A DNA stretch of 63,904 bases, filler included, from Craspedostauros australis (GCA_030167865.1; 11 parts of 11 records of this genome joined end to end with filler, not necessarily neighbours in it), one strand, 5' to 3'. Positions 1-12,500 are shown, counted from the first letter of the whole stretch. The notes: generated by a model from the sequence alone, not told the origin. Numbers and translations are program-made.

Positions 1-51
1 TATTGCTGTTGGCACTGGTACAGGTGCAGGTACGTGCGGAATGATGCTCTC

Positions 52-3000
52 TCATGCTTCCTCATCTGATGATCCGTCATACATTGACAGCGGTTGCTTC
101 GTGCCGGGCGGTTGGATGTCGCTGACCATCTTCCACGGGCTATGCTCCATCAATGCCGCATCCTGCGTCGCTGCTCCCTTCCTCATGAGTGCGAAGGACA
201 TTTGGTGCATCACACCATCCACGTAGCACTTACCCAGCGACAGCGTTGAGAACACACCGTAATGACCAGTGATGATACCCTCGTCCACCACAGCTCCATC
301 AGCAAATGTCACCAGCGGAGCTTCGTAGATGCGAAAACCGAAGTACAGCATCTTTCCTTGGATAGTCGCCCCTCTGAATTGCAGCAGAGCGTTCATCATT
401 GGTGTGCCCCAAAGAATGGATTCGAAGGACCATTCCTCGAAGAAGAAGCCGTAGGACATGTACGCCGAGTACAGCGAAACGGACCATGGCTCTCCACGTT
501 GGACGCCTCCGATAAGCGAGATAACCTCGATCACACGAAGGAGAACGAGCCAGACGATGGCCTGGACGACAATGGACACAACGACGATGACGGGGGCCGC
601 GGCCAGTGGTGCTTCTGTTTTCATCATGATTGACATCAGCTCATATGACGGGATGAGGCTCGCCGCCACTATCACCACCATGATGGCATGCGCCAGCGTG
701 TTGTTGACGGTCATGAGTGCCAATCTCCACGTGGGGAGAGGCACGTTGCTTGGATGGTGGTCCTCGTTGATCATATCACTCGTGACGTGCGTACTCGGCA
801 ACACCAACGATCTGTCGATGGTCACGCCAGGGCCGCATGTCAGCGCCATGCCAACGCTGCTATCCGTGACCTTGGTTCTCTTGTACTGACCGCCCTCCTC
901 GACATCGAAGTCGCAAAAGGAGATGAAGGATCGTCGGACCGTGATCAGATCCAGCTTCGATGGAGGGAAGGTAGTCACTCCCGCCCTCGATCTCATGTCG
1001 ATATCCATGCCGTGTGCCATCAGGACGAGGTTCCACAGTTGCGAGTAGAATGTCAGGTCGAGGAGCAACATTGTTCCGACGAAGAAGTGGAAGTTGCATG
1101 CCCAGTCGGCGAACTTGGAGAACGTTCCTGTTCGTGCTGCACCCGGCCGTTTCTTGCCGATCAGCACCCACTTGAGGATGACGCTGGTGATCACGAAGAA
1201 GATGGACGTCAGGCCAAAGAGCGCGATCCTGTAGATGATAGGGGAGTATCTCCATTCCGGAAGCTTATTCCCGACCAACTGATCGGCAGCCACGAAGCAA
1301 CTGAAGGCGAAGTACAGCTCGATGGCGAGCCACATGACTTTCATCATTCCCAACACGGTCGATGAACCGGTGGATGTAGCGGATGTCATGTCCTCACTCG
1401 CTGTTTCGATTGCGGATTCTTCATCGCCATCTGGGAGGGCTGCCGAAGGAGCATCGACGAATGCTGGGTTGCCCTTGATTGTGGTGTTCGGGGGTGCCTG
1501 AGCGCCTTCCACCAGCACCGACACGCGCTGTACCTGGCAGCCGGAGCCGATGCTAGTTCCAGGGAGCAAGGCGCCATCGACTGTGGCGTCTGATCCAACC
1601 TGAATCTTGCGGAACTTCACGCTGGGACCTTGCTGCTCATTTCTCCATGGGCCGAACACACGGCATCGGATGTTCATGTTGATCGTGGCGTTTGCACCAA
1701 TCTTCACCAAATCGAACTCTCGGATGGTCCCGTTCACGCTGGCTGACCTGTGGATGTTGGCACCCATCAGGTAGTAGAACATCATCATCAAAGGCGTGCC
1801 GGCGATGATGCAGCCAACGAAGCGTTCCCATACATGCACCAACCGATCGACGAACCACCATCTGATGAAGTAAATATTGGTCTGATTGGCGTATCCTTCT
1901 GCGTATCTGCCAATGACGATCCACTTCGAGAGGACGATCGCGGAGGTGAACGCAATGGCCCAGACTGGAACGATCAAAGGGAACAGCACCCACTCAAGAC
2001 CGGGGAGGACGTTGGAGTCGGCGATGGCCTTTCCAACTTCATACGCTGGGATGATGGGGAGCGCGAAGATGACGAGCATGATGAACGCGCCGATGGCTTG
2101 GGTGATGGCGACGGCGGCTTGAGAGAGTGGCTTCTCGTTGGGGAAAGTCACAAGCCTCTTGAGGGTTGGGAGGTTGGTTGGTAGAGGCAGCCCCGTTGAT
2201 GCCTCAAGGAAGGCTCTTAGATCCACAACTTTTGGAAACAGTTGGAAGACGTTTGAAGGGAGGACTTTGTTGTATCGTTGAGAGAGGGACTGGCGGAGCT
2301 CCAACTCCATCATGGAGGACAGTCCAACATCCTTCCATTCATCGTCGGGGTGGACGCCTGATCTCGTGACGTTCTCGATGATCTCATGGAAGTCCATGTC
2401 GTTGATGTTCCAGTCTTCCATCGCGGACTTCCTCAACGATAGGTGCGAGGATTGAGCTGCCGTGCCAACATCGTGCGCGCTGAAAAAGTGCGATGTCCCG
2501 GCCACATCTAGCACTATCTTCTGCGTTCCATCATGAAGGCGCTGGCGGTTGTGGCGTCTCTGGATCTTGCCGCTTGTTGTTTTGGAGATGGTCCGTTCCT
2601 CCACAGCGACGACTGATGCCGGTGTCAACCCGATCTGGTCAACGACGGCCTTCTTGATCTGTTGGCAGATGCTTTCGACGTCATCTGTATCTGCTGAACG
2701 GATCTCAAACACGATCTCCAACTGCCCATCGTTGTCGGTGTCGTCGGATGAAAAAGCAGCGATGCAGCCTGGACGGACAGCAGATGATGCATCTTCCACA
2801 GCTTGTTCGATGTCTTGCGGGTAGTAGTTGACACCATTGACGATTATGATGTCCTTCTTGCGGCCGCAGATGTAGAGATAATCGTCTTGGTAGAATCCGT
2901 AGTCACCTGTTCGCAAGTATACCTTGCTATCGGCATCTGCATCGGATGGTGTGGTCTCCTGCAGTCTGCCTTGGAATGTTTCGGCAGTGAGCTGTGGCTG

Positions 3001-4620
3001 ATTGTAGTATCCAGCGGCAACGGATGCTCCCGCGATCCAGATCTCTCCCGTGACGTTGTCAGAGACCTGCGAGCAGGTGTCCGGGTCCACAATGATGATG
3101 TCTACCAAACTGTGCAGATTGCTGCGTTGGGCGATGGCCACAAATGGGTGGAGATCTTCATCTGGTCGGACGGTCGACAGATGGAATCCAAAATTGAAGC
3201 TTGCTCCAACCACGTTCTCGGCCAGACCGTATCCAGCCATGAACCAGTCCTCGCACAACCCGTGCGGGCAGAAGGCCTTCGAGAATGATTCGTTCGTATC
3301 AAGCCGGATTGGCTCCGCGGCATTTTGCAGCTCGAATATACTTGAGAGATCAAGGTTGGGGATGGGATTGGACTTGCCATGTTTTGCTCGTGTCTTCGCC
3401 TCGTTGAACTTGCGGACGACCAGTCGAAACGCGAAGTCGGGGGCGGCGCTGAAATGGCACTTGTGCTGTGACATGAGATCGACCCAGAGCAATGGGTTGC
3501 GGATGAAGGAAACCGGCGAAATCATGTGGACTCTCGAACTCGATGCCAGTGGCGCAATCACCATTTGGATGAGGCCCATGTCATGATACTGCGGCAGCCA
3601 TGAAAATGTGGAGAACCGCTCCGGAAGTTGCTTGCCGCTTGTACCCTTGTCGAAGCAAGTGAGCCAACTGCTGTGCAGCAGCTCGATGTTGGCCCTCACT
3701 GCGTCATATGTCACCATCACACCCTTCGGGTTGCCGGTGCTTCCAGACGTGTACTGAAGGAAAGCCAGATCCGAGCCTTGGATGTTCGGCTCATCAAAGG
3801 AAGGTGGTGGCGACGACGAGCGGCCAGACAGGAGGCTGGACAGGAATCCTTTCTTTGCCTGCTTGGGGCCGGCCTTGCTCTTGCCGCTTCTCCTGTCGAC
3901 CAAGAACGGATCATGATGGATGACGCGATCGGTCACTTGGTACTTCACCCCGCTTGGCCACATGGATCGGCTCTTGGATGCCGGATTTGCGCGATCGGCG
4001 AGACGCAGCAGGTTGATGGTCGTCTGGGTGAGAATGACTGCCGGGGAGCAATCCTCGATCACCTTGTTCATCTTCGCGAGTGACTTGACGAGCGGTGGTC
4101 CTGGAGGATAGACCAACACAGCAGTCACGCCTGCGCGGAGGCATCCCAGAAAGATGGCGAAGAAGTGCAGTCCGAAGTCGTAGCAGAGCACGACGCGATC
4201 GCCTTTCTTGACGTCCCACTTGTTGCGGAGGAGATGGGCGCATTGTCCCGCTTCATCCCAGAGCTGCTGGAAGGTGTAGTTGTTGATTGCCTTTCCCTTG
4301 TCGTTGTACCAAGTGGAGAAGACGGTGTCGGACTTGAGTTCGACGATGAACTTGAGATGGTCGATGAAAGAGTTGTCCTTGATGGATTGTTGGATGATTT
4401 CGTGCTCAGTGGCGTTGGTGTTAGCGGTAGGCCTAGCTGTGCGGTTAGCTGCGGCGTTGCTGGTGCCAGTCTCGATGTCATCGACAGCGGCGTCGTTGTT
4501 TTGGTGCTTGGAATGGTTGGCCTTTGCTGGAGGCGCACTCATAGGGATGGCATTGCCGACAACGTCGATGGTGGCGGCGCTTCGGACGCCGGAGGAATGA
4601 GTTGAGGTAGTCACGTCCAT
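52..4620 (-). CDS. NRPS-like membrane synthetase: fatty acyl-AMP ligase (FAAL)-type adenylation domain, phosphopantetheine carrier domain and Pls/TIGR02353-like C-terminal region with transmembrane and beta-helix repeats
   Basis: Single intronless ORF, first ATG at 4620 (MDVTTS). Adenylation motifs FLQYTSGSTGNPKG, WLPQYHDMGLI, NAAEPI, GYGLAEN, YLRTGD, GRKKDIII and KTTSGKIQR. Carrier motif WKDVGLSSM. Three hydrophobic helix pairs follow, each with a beta-helix-like segment (LMGANIH...DLVKIG, AHGMDID...DLITV, FRGATIQ...ITGH). Confidence 0.85.
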   Translation of the reverse strand: MDVTTSTHSSGVRSAATIDVVGNAIPMSAPPAKANHSKHQNNDAAVDDIETGTSNAAANRTARPTANTNATEHEIIQQSIKDNSFIDHLKFIVELKSDTVFSTWYNDKGKAINNYTFQQLWDEAGQCAHLLRNKWDVKKGDRVVLCYDFGLHFFAIFLGCLRAGVTAVLVYPPGPPLVKSLAKMNKVIEDCSPAVILTQTTINLLRLADRANPASKSRSMWPSGVKYQVTDRVIHHDPFLVDRRSGKSKAGPKQAKKGFLSSLLSGRSSSPPPSFDEPNIQGSDLAFLQYTSGSTGNPKGVMVTYDAVRANIELLHSSWLTCFDKGTSGKQLPERFSTFSWLPQYHDMGLIQMVIAPLASSSRVHMISPVSFIRNPLLWVDLMSQHKCHFSAAPDFAFRLVVRKFNEAKTRAKHGKSNPIPNLDLSSIFELQNAAEPIRLDTNESFSKAFCPHGLCEDWFMAGYGLAENVVGASFNFGFHLSTVRPDEDLHPFVAIAQRSNLHSLVDIIIVDPDTCSQVSDNVTGEIWIAGASVAAGYYNQPQLTAETFQGRLQETTPSDADADSKVYLRTGDYGFYQDDYLYICGRKKDIIIVNGVNYYPQDIEQAVEDASSAVRPGCIAAFSSDDTDNDGQLEIVFEIRSADTDDVESICQQIKKAVVDQIGLTPASVVAVEERTISKTTSGKIQRRHNRQRLHDGTQKIVLDVAGTSHFFSAHDVGTAAQSSHLSLRKSAMEDWNINDMDFHEIIENVTRSGVHPDDEWKDVGLSSMMELELRQSLSQRYNKVLPSNVFQLFPKVVDLRAFLEASTGLPLPTNLPTLKRLVTFPNEKPLSQAAVAITQAIGAFIMLVIFALPIIPAYEVGKAIADSNVLPGLEWVLFPLIVPVWAIAFTSAIVLSKWIVIGRYAEGYANQTNIYFIRWWFVDRLVHVWERFVGCIIAGTPLMMMFYYLMGANIHRSASVNGTIREFDLVKIGANATINMNIRCRVFGPWRNEQQGPSVKFRKIQVGSDATVDGALLPGTSIGSGCQVQRVSVLVEGAQAPPNTTIKGNPAFVDAPSAALPDGDEESAIETASEDMTSATSTGSSTVLGMMKVMWLAIELYFAFSCFVAADQLVGNKLPEWRYSPIIYRIALFGLTSIFFVITSVILKWVLIGKKRPGAARTGTFSKFADWACNFHFFVGTMLLLDLTFYSQLWNLVLMAHGMDIDMRSRAGVTTFPPSKLDLITVRRSFISFCDFDVEEGGQYKRTKVTDSSVGMALTCGPGVTIDRSLVLPSTHVTSDMINEDHHPSNVPLPTWRLALMTVNNTLAHAIMVVIVAASLIPSYELMSIMMKTEAPLAAAPVIVVVSIVVQAIVWLVLLRVIEVISLIGGVQRGEPWSVSLYSAYMSYGFFFEEWSFESILWGTPMMNALLQFRGATIQGKMLYFGFRIYEAPLVTFADGAVVDEGIITGHYGVFSTLSLGKCYVDGVMHQMSFALMRKGAATQDAALMEHSPWKMVSDIQPPGTKQPLSMYDGSSDEEA

Positions 4621-5469
4621 GTTGCTAATGTGCGGGAAGTTGTGCAGATTCTGATGCTGTTGGTCTATGTTGACGAATATGTTGATAGTTGTGGTTGAGC
4701 ACTTGTGGTTTGTTGATTTTGTGAGCTGACGGTGTGTCGTTTCCAAATTCCCAGGTGGCAAACACGATGATCAGCGATCACCATCAAACGGCAGAGCATT
4801 GATTGCGTGCTACTCATCCGAGTACGGCATAGAGTACTTCATCGTGATCGTGCGTAGTGTACCAACAAGGAAGTCCAGCACGCATGCACACGGATGTATT
4901 CGTATTCATTTTCGTGCTCGTAGTCGTAGTCGTACTCATCTGAGCTATGCATTGGTATGTCGCTGGTGCAATCGTCGGCGCGCGCTGTTTGCGCTTCATA
5001 ATCCTGACATGCGCTTGATTGGATTTCCGTGAAGGCGCCGAAAACATCCCCGGTCACTGCTTTTGAATCAAGAAGGCCCATTCGTCCCTTGGAGTCACAC
5101 TGGTACAATCATGCTGTCGCCGATCTCGGATGGGGCTCCCAAGACATCGGATAGAATAGTCGGAGAGTGGGCGCTGCATATGGCAGCTCAACAGGAGTCA
5201 CACTGGTTGTCACTTCGAAGTTGTGACCGTGGCATCCGTCCTGTGACTAGTTTCGCGTTTGTGTTTATTGGGCCTTTTCGTTGTGGTGACTAGTGAACTT
5301 CCCAAGTGCCAAATGTTTCGGCAAATATCACGATGCGGTAGATTCAAGGTTGTTCTCACTGGTCGCTCCAACCACCAAATCATGGTTTTTGTTTGTTTGC
5401 CGCAGCTTTGTCTACGGTCGTGGTGGTTGTTCGTTCGTGTGGGCGGGCACAGCGGGAAGCATGAAATCG

Positions 5470-5569
5470 NNNNNNNNNNNNNNNNNNNNNNNNNNNNNNN
5501 NNNNNNNNNNNNNTTAATTAATTAANNNNNNNNNNNNNNNNNNNNNNNNNNNNNNNNNNNNNNNNNNNN
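5470..5569. other. Artificial contig linker (N-run, TTAATTAATTAA, N-run). The same linker occurs at 9419-9518, 13506-13605, 21320-21419, 28744-28843, 46749-46848, 50315-50414, 55155-55254, 58159-58258 and 60000-60099
   Basis: Identical 100-nt blocks with stops in all six frames. ORFs are cut abruptly at these blocks. Confidence 0.98.
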
Positions 5570-8500
5570 GCAGCCTCAACAACCGCAACCGGGTCCAGAA
5601 GCCCAGCGCAGAGAACAGAACCATCGTCGCGACGGTCATTTCTTTGTTGCCGTGGCACAACTACTTCGTGAACCTCCTGCCGGAGGACATCGACCCGATT
5701 TACATCGTCATTCGCAGCAACTGCGGTGTCGAGTACACGTTCCTCATCACGGGTCCCGATGTGTCCTACCTGGGCAACGGCGACTTCCATGACACTGAAT
5801 GGGATGCGTACGAGGTTAAGACCACATTCTCCCCATTCGAAGGAAGCGACTGCCAGAACTCTCTCTACATGTACCCAACCTCGGAGTTCCATAGCACATA
5901 TATCACCGACAAGCCCATCATCTACACTGTCGGTGTGATCATAGGCCTCTCCATCACGGCGCTTGTCTTCGTCATCTACGACTGCACCGTGAAACGCCGG
6001 CAGGACAAGGTCATGACGACAGCCACGAGATCCACCGCCATCGTCAGCTCGCTGTTCCCCCGGAACGTGCAGGACCGGCTGATGGAAGATGCTGCAGCAC
6101 GAGAAGAGGAGGAGCAGAAGCAAGCGAATCTGAACCGAGCCAAGAACCCTGTCACCGAGCTGCTTGGAAGGTACGACAAGAACAAGGACGCGTTCCGCAT
6201 GGCGAATCGGGCGTCGGATTCTGCGGCATCTTGCGGTCCCGTCACAGTCATGAAATCGCAGCACTCGTTGGGACCCTTTTCTCCAAGCAGCGGGCACAAC
6301 GGCGACGGCCATCAAACCAGCTTTGTTGGGGCGAGCCCTCAACGCAGCGCAGGAATGGGATTGGACGGCGGATACAGTCAACACAGCCACTCTGTGACGG
6401 AGGCATCGATGAGTCGGAAGCTGTCCATGGCGTCTATTATCCCAGCCTCATCGATGCACCAGAACAGCAAACCAATTGCGGATCTGTTCCTGAACGCCTC
6501 GGTCTTGTTTGCGGACATCGTTGGCTTCACTGCTTGGTCATCCGTGCGAGAACCGACGCAGGTGTTCATTCTGTTGGAGGGCATTTACAACGCCTTCGAT
6601 AAGCTGGCAAGGAAGCGTGGCGTCTTCAAGGTGGAGGTGAGTACGGTTACATATGATATGATACTAAACTGGTATTCCATCACGCGACGATGGATGGGCA
6701 GTGTGCAAATGCTGATTGCTATGCCCACTGATCACCCAGAAACCTTGCTCATTCTCCCACTCATCACAAACTGTTTTCAATTCCACGTTCCCGCCACTCG
6801 TAAATGCCTACTGCTGCTGCCTCACTCACTCACTCACTCTTTATCACACGTACGAGTAGACCATCGGTGACTGCTATGTAGCCGCAACTGGCCTTCCCGA
6901 ACAGCAGGAGCACCATGCTCTCATCATGGCCAAGTTCGCACGCGATTGCTTGGCGAAGATGTCCAGCGTCCTCAGGCGCCTTGAGGTGTCGCTCGGTCCT
7001 GACACAGTCGAGCTGGGCATGCGCGTTGGCATCAACTCTGGCCCAGTCACTGCGGGCGTCCTGCGTGGAGAGAAGTCCAGATTCCAGCTCTTCGGTGACA
7101 CAGTCAACACGGCGGCGCGGATGGAGTCCACCGGCAAGAAGCACAAGATTCACCTCTCCGCGTCCGCCGCAACCAGCATTACCGCATCCATGGAGGCATC
7201 CGAGAAAACTCAGAACATATGGATTATGCCACGCAACGAGCCAATCGATGTCAAGGGCAAGGGGCAGATGGAGACGTTCTGGTTGGCGTACGGGTCACTG
7301 AGCACGGGGTCTGCGACGTCCAGCACTGTTGGAGGCACACCGCAAATCCAAAAACGAAAGTTCCCTCAACGCCGCCTCAGCGGATTGGGAGGTGTATCGG
7401 AACATGAGCCGCTGACGCAGCCAATAGATGATGGCAGTGCGCCAGCTCCACTTCAACAGAAAACACTTTCGATGAAACCAAGCTCCTCCAACGGAAGCCT
7501 CAGCAGCTTCGGTGACAGCGTCGACGCAGTCTCAACAACTCGCTCGTCGTACGGCTCACAAGCGAATCGAAGTACGAGTACGGATGACGACGATGACAGC
7601 AGCAGCGAGTCTGCAGAGATGCCCGAGTTTCTTCGGGAGAGTGTCATCGACAGACGAGAACGCTTGATCGATTGGAACGTCGACGTGCTGCGTGAGTTGC
7701 TCCAGAAGATCGTGGCCATGCGACGTGGCCATTCCAACAATAGCACCACGTCGCTGCAAGCCACAGTCCAGCAGCAGGCAGAGCTTCGGGACCTGGAGAA
7801 GGAACATCACGATTCCATCAAGTACAGCATCCTCGACGAGGTTCAGGAGATTATCGAACTCCCCAACAAGCCAGCGAAGTACGGCACCGACCCACAGTCC
7901 GTCCACCTGGATGATGCCGTCGTGGCGGAGTTGCGAGACTTCGTGTCGAGGATCTGCTACATGTACCGCGACAACAGCTTCCATTGCTTTGAGCATGCCA
8001 GGTGAGTATTGGCATCATGCTATGCTATACGTATGGTCGTTTTGTGTTATTGTTTTGTTCAGGTCTTGGAGATGGCAACGGCACAGATGGCGGCAGTGAT
8101 GACTGTTCAATCTTGTGGCAACTCCACTCATGCCCGTACATCTCACTCTTGTCATGCCTGCTTGATCGACGAATCGTTTTGTGCTACGTTGCCCTTTTCT
8201 GCTCCACTCCGTCCGCAATGCTCAAATCGTTCCACCATGCACTGTATGAACATCCGCACACCTCAGCCACGTGACGCAATCTGTGATCAAGTTGATTCAC
8301 AGAGTCGTCACGCCGGACTCCATTGATTACAAGAAGATGGCATACACGAAGACCGCTACGAAGACGTTGCACCAGTACACGTACGGTATCACATCCGATC
8401 CATTGACGCAGTTCTCCGTTGCCCTCTCGGCCTTGATCCATGACGTGGATCATCCTGGCGTCCCCAACGCACAGCTGTGCAAGGAACGCGATCCCGACGC

Positions 8501-9418
8501 CGTGCGCTACAAGTTTCAGAGCGTCGCCGAGCAGAACTCGATCGACCTTGGCTGGGACTTGCTGATGGCGCCCCAGTACGAGGCCCTGCGTGCTTGCATC
8601 TACAGTAATTGCGAAGAATTCAACCGCTTCCGCCAGCTGATCGTCAACACCGTCATGGCCACGGACATCGTGGACAAGGAGCTCGGCTTGCTCCGTAAGA
8701 AGCGCTGGGAGACGGCCTTCGCCAATGTCCAACCCAAGCACCCTGGTTCGGCACCGGCAACGCCCGTCCCGCCCAAGAAGAAGATCTTGAAGAAGCACAG
8801 CAAGCAATTCAAAACGCCATCTCCGGTCAAGCCCGGCGGCGTGAGATCGTCGGTGACAAGCATCGACTTTTCCGGCAAAATGACCGAGACCATCTTGCAG
8901 AAGGTGCCGCATCTGGATCTGCGAAGCCCAATCAAACACAACACCATCAACGTCCATGGCAACGGCAACGGCAACGGCAACAGCGCTAACCCCAATAAGG
9001 CCGACAACAACAAAGACAACCTCCTGCTATCACCCATCACCATCCCGAAGTCCATGTCCTCACTGAATCCATCCAACCACACCAACGTCTCCGAAACGAC
9101 GCGCAACGACATGAACCGCAAGGCCACCGTCGTGATCGAGCATCTGATCCAAGCCTCCGACGTGTCGCATACGATGCAGCATTGGCACGTGTACTTGAAA
9201 TGGAACGAGCGTTTCTTCGAGGAATGCGCCATGGCGTACAAGGAAGGCCGCGCAGGACGCGATCCTGCCAAGAATTGGTACACGGGCGAGCTTGGATTCT
9301 TCGATCATTACATCATCCCGCTGGCCAAGAAGCTGAAGGATTGCGGCGTGTTTGGCGTGGCGTCGGACGAGTACCTGAACTACGCGACGGCGAATCGCAA
9401 GGAGTGGGAAGCGAAAGG
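5570..9418 (+). CDS. Receptor-type class III nucleotide cyclase fused to a class I cyclic-nucleotide phosphodiesterase, partial at both ends; exons <5570-6636, 6860-8001, 8267->9418
   Basis: TM helix (IIYTVGVIIGLSITALVFVIYD), then cyclase motifs SVLFADIVGFTAWSS, FKVE|TIGDCYVA and FQLFGDTVNTAARMES. PDE motifs FHCFEHAS|HV, ALIHDVDHPGVPN, MATDI and LIQASDVSH. GT-AG introns at 6637-6859 and 8002-8266 restore the split motifs. Confidence 0.92.
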
Positions 9419-9518
9419 NNNNNNNNNNNNNNNNNNNNNNNNNNNNNNNNNNNNNNNNNNNNTTAATTAATTAANNNNNNNNNNNNNNNNNNNNNNNNNN
9501 NNNNNNNNNNNNNNNNNN

Positions 9519-12500
9519 CCCCCTCCAGCAGCGGGGAACAACAGAACGGGTATCTTCAACGAAGATCGCAGCAACGGATTGGTAGAAGACGATCAATTCA
9601 ATCCAAATGAAGAGGTCGTCTATCCATATGACATCGCATTCGCGCCGATCATGGAATTCACCAGACATGGCATCAACTTCAGAAACGATGCGATTCCACG
9701 ACTAACGGCAACTGTGGAGATCATGCAACGACAACTCATCCACAACGCTGTAATGACGGCAGGCATGCGCTTGTACTCAGATGATGACGACGCAGGAGAG
9801 CGACACCTGTGGGTGTGCACGGCAGCAACCACGCTGTGCGACAACTTCTGGTCCATCAAAGAGATTCTCGCCAATGGACCGGTCATCAACCGATTGTTGG
9901 GGGAATACAACAACGATCCAATTCCCGACATGGCGTTGCACTACATCCTGGGAGGATGCATGCACGTGCTCCTGCGCGAGCGACCACGCGTCATGCCATA
10001 CGATCCGGTGACTGGACTTCATCAAGACAGCACAACCCCAGTTGTGCCCGCAGAACCGTACTACGACGGTGTGACCTACCACAGAATGGACGATGGGAAC
10101 GACGATCCCAACAACAATGACTACAAAGACGACATGGCAGCGGCTGCCATGGAACAGCTCCACGAACTGAGCACCAAATACAAGGACAAGGTCAACAAGG
10201 ACATCTGGCTTGCCAACAGCGGAGTTTCGTGTCACATCGTGAATTCAGATGCCGCCCTCTTCTTCGTGCGGCACATCAAGTCATTCGTTCAAGTGGGAGA
10301 CAGCACAACACTGGACTCTCCCAAGATTGGCTCCATCAAACTGCAGATCAAGTAACAAGACAACACAGGCCACACCATCTGGCTTGATGATGTGAAGTAC
10401 ACACCCAAGATGACAGTGAACCTTTTCTCTACAAACAAGGCCCTGTACAACAGTTACCAGATCGGTAACAACGGCATTCTGATGGACATCATCAACAGAG
10501 CTGGGAAGAGGATCATCTTTGATTGGATCTTTCCCACCTCCAACGGATTCATCACAGGAGTGCAGATGCATCCCATCATGCCAACTGAGGACGACAAGAC
10601 TTCCACAGCCATCATCAAGAGCCCATCCAAGGAGGTGAGCGCGGTGGAATTGCATCGAATGCTCGGCCACGCGCCACTCAAGACCATGAAGTGGACAGCC
10701 GCTCAATATGGATGGAAGATCATTGGCGAGATGCCGGTACGTTGCGACTGCGCGGTCGCGAACGCTAGAATGAAGAACATCTCGAAGGCGACGATCCCAA
10801 GAGCAACTCGCCGTGGCAAACGTCTCTTCATTGACATTAGTTACACTAAACACATAAGCTTTGGAGATAAACGTTACTGGACTCTGAATGTGGACAACTG
10901 CACAGACTACTGCTGGAGCTTCTTTCTGAAGAACAAAAGTGATCAATGAGGATACATCAGGCGATTCGTGCAAACAATCAAATTACTGACAGGTGACCAA
11001 CAAATCATCTTCCAAGGAGACAACAACGGAGAGAACAAATCCACGCAGGATATTCTCATCGATGCTGGACTGAACACGAAATTCGAGTTCACGGTATCCA
11101 ACACGCCACAGCAGAATGGTAGAGTAGAACGCAAGTTTGCGTATCTCTACACCAAGATTCGCTCCATGCTCAATAGAGCACAACTCAACGACGAGTACAG
11201 GCATGGCCTGTGGGCAGCAGCCGTGAGCACTGCCACTGTCATCGCCAACATCACCGTAGCGAAGAATCAGAAGGAGTCACCACATTGCCAGTTCTTCAAC
11301 AATGATCCACCATATGCAGATGCACTCCGCACATTTGGAGAGGTGGGTGTTGTGAAGACTACCTATGGTGGGACCACTGCAAACTCAAGAATAGAGGAGA
11401 AGAGATGGTGTTCATTGGATATGCACACCAACATGCATCAGGAGTGTACAACATGTACAGACCATCAACCAAGTCATTGGTCTGTTCTCGCGACATCAAG
11501 TGGCTCAACCAATCATACGGACAGTTCTGTGGCGGGGTGCCAGAACCAAACATATCCAACAAAGCAGGAACAACGGATGCAGACGGCTTCACAACCATTG
11601 GATGGAAGGGAACAATGCCAAGTACGGCAATGCGTCCAACATCAGAAGTGAAGAGAGTATCTTTCGCTGACACGAACAAGTATCACATCCTATCAGACAG
11701 TGATGATGAAGATGATGAGGACAATGGAGCAGCGACTCAACAAATCAACAACGACGAGGAAGATCGGAACAAATCCAATCATGAGGATGACCAGATCCAA
11801 CCATGCAGCAACGAAGCCGATGATAACAGAGGCATCACTCCTCCAAACACACCAGCGAGGTCTGCGCATGGCGCACCATTGAGACCTCCACCGACTAAAC
11901 CAAGCAAGCGTGACATAAACAGAAAGGAGAGAATCCGACATCATGAAGCACAAGGCAGGAAGGGAGATGTTTATCCCAAGCCAACTACAGGGAAGAGTAT
12001 TCCCAGAGCTCTGCGTGAGCTTGCAGACTTCAACGAACGAGGTCGAAAGGAAGAAGGTTACAAGAGCGAGTCATCATCCAATGAAGATAGTGACAAACTT
12101 AGTAACGAGGTAACTGACAAATCCAACAACGAAACTACAGACGATGAGGAAATCGCAGACGAAGAAGAAGAGATCGAGATCACTCACCATAGCACAACAG
12201 GACTATACAGAATGAATGCAATCATTACCGAGACACCAGCGATTGATATCAGATTTTCGATGCAGGACCAGAACGAAGAATCCGAGAAGCACATCAAGCC
12301 AACGACATTCGATGGAGCCTTCAATCACCCAGATCCCATCCATCGGAAGGGATATCGAGCAGCCATCAAAAAGGAGTTCAACTCAATGGATACACGCAAG
12401 GTGTATAGCAAGATCAAACAAGACGCCATCCCACACGGCCGCAGATGCTGCAAATGCAAATGGGTCTTCAAGTTGAAGCGCGACGGCACACATCGAGCGC

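Noticed and set aside
6637..6870. C-terminal tail of the 408-aa ORF (VSTVTYD...VDHR) and three separate cyclase/PDE genes
   Set aside because: Read-through into a GT-AG intron. Splicing yields one continuous protein.
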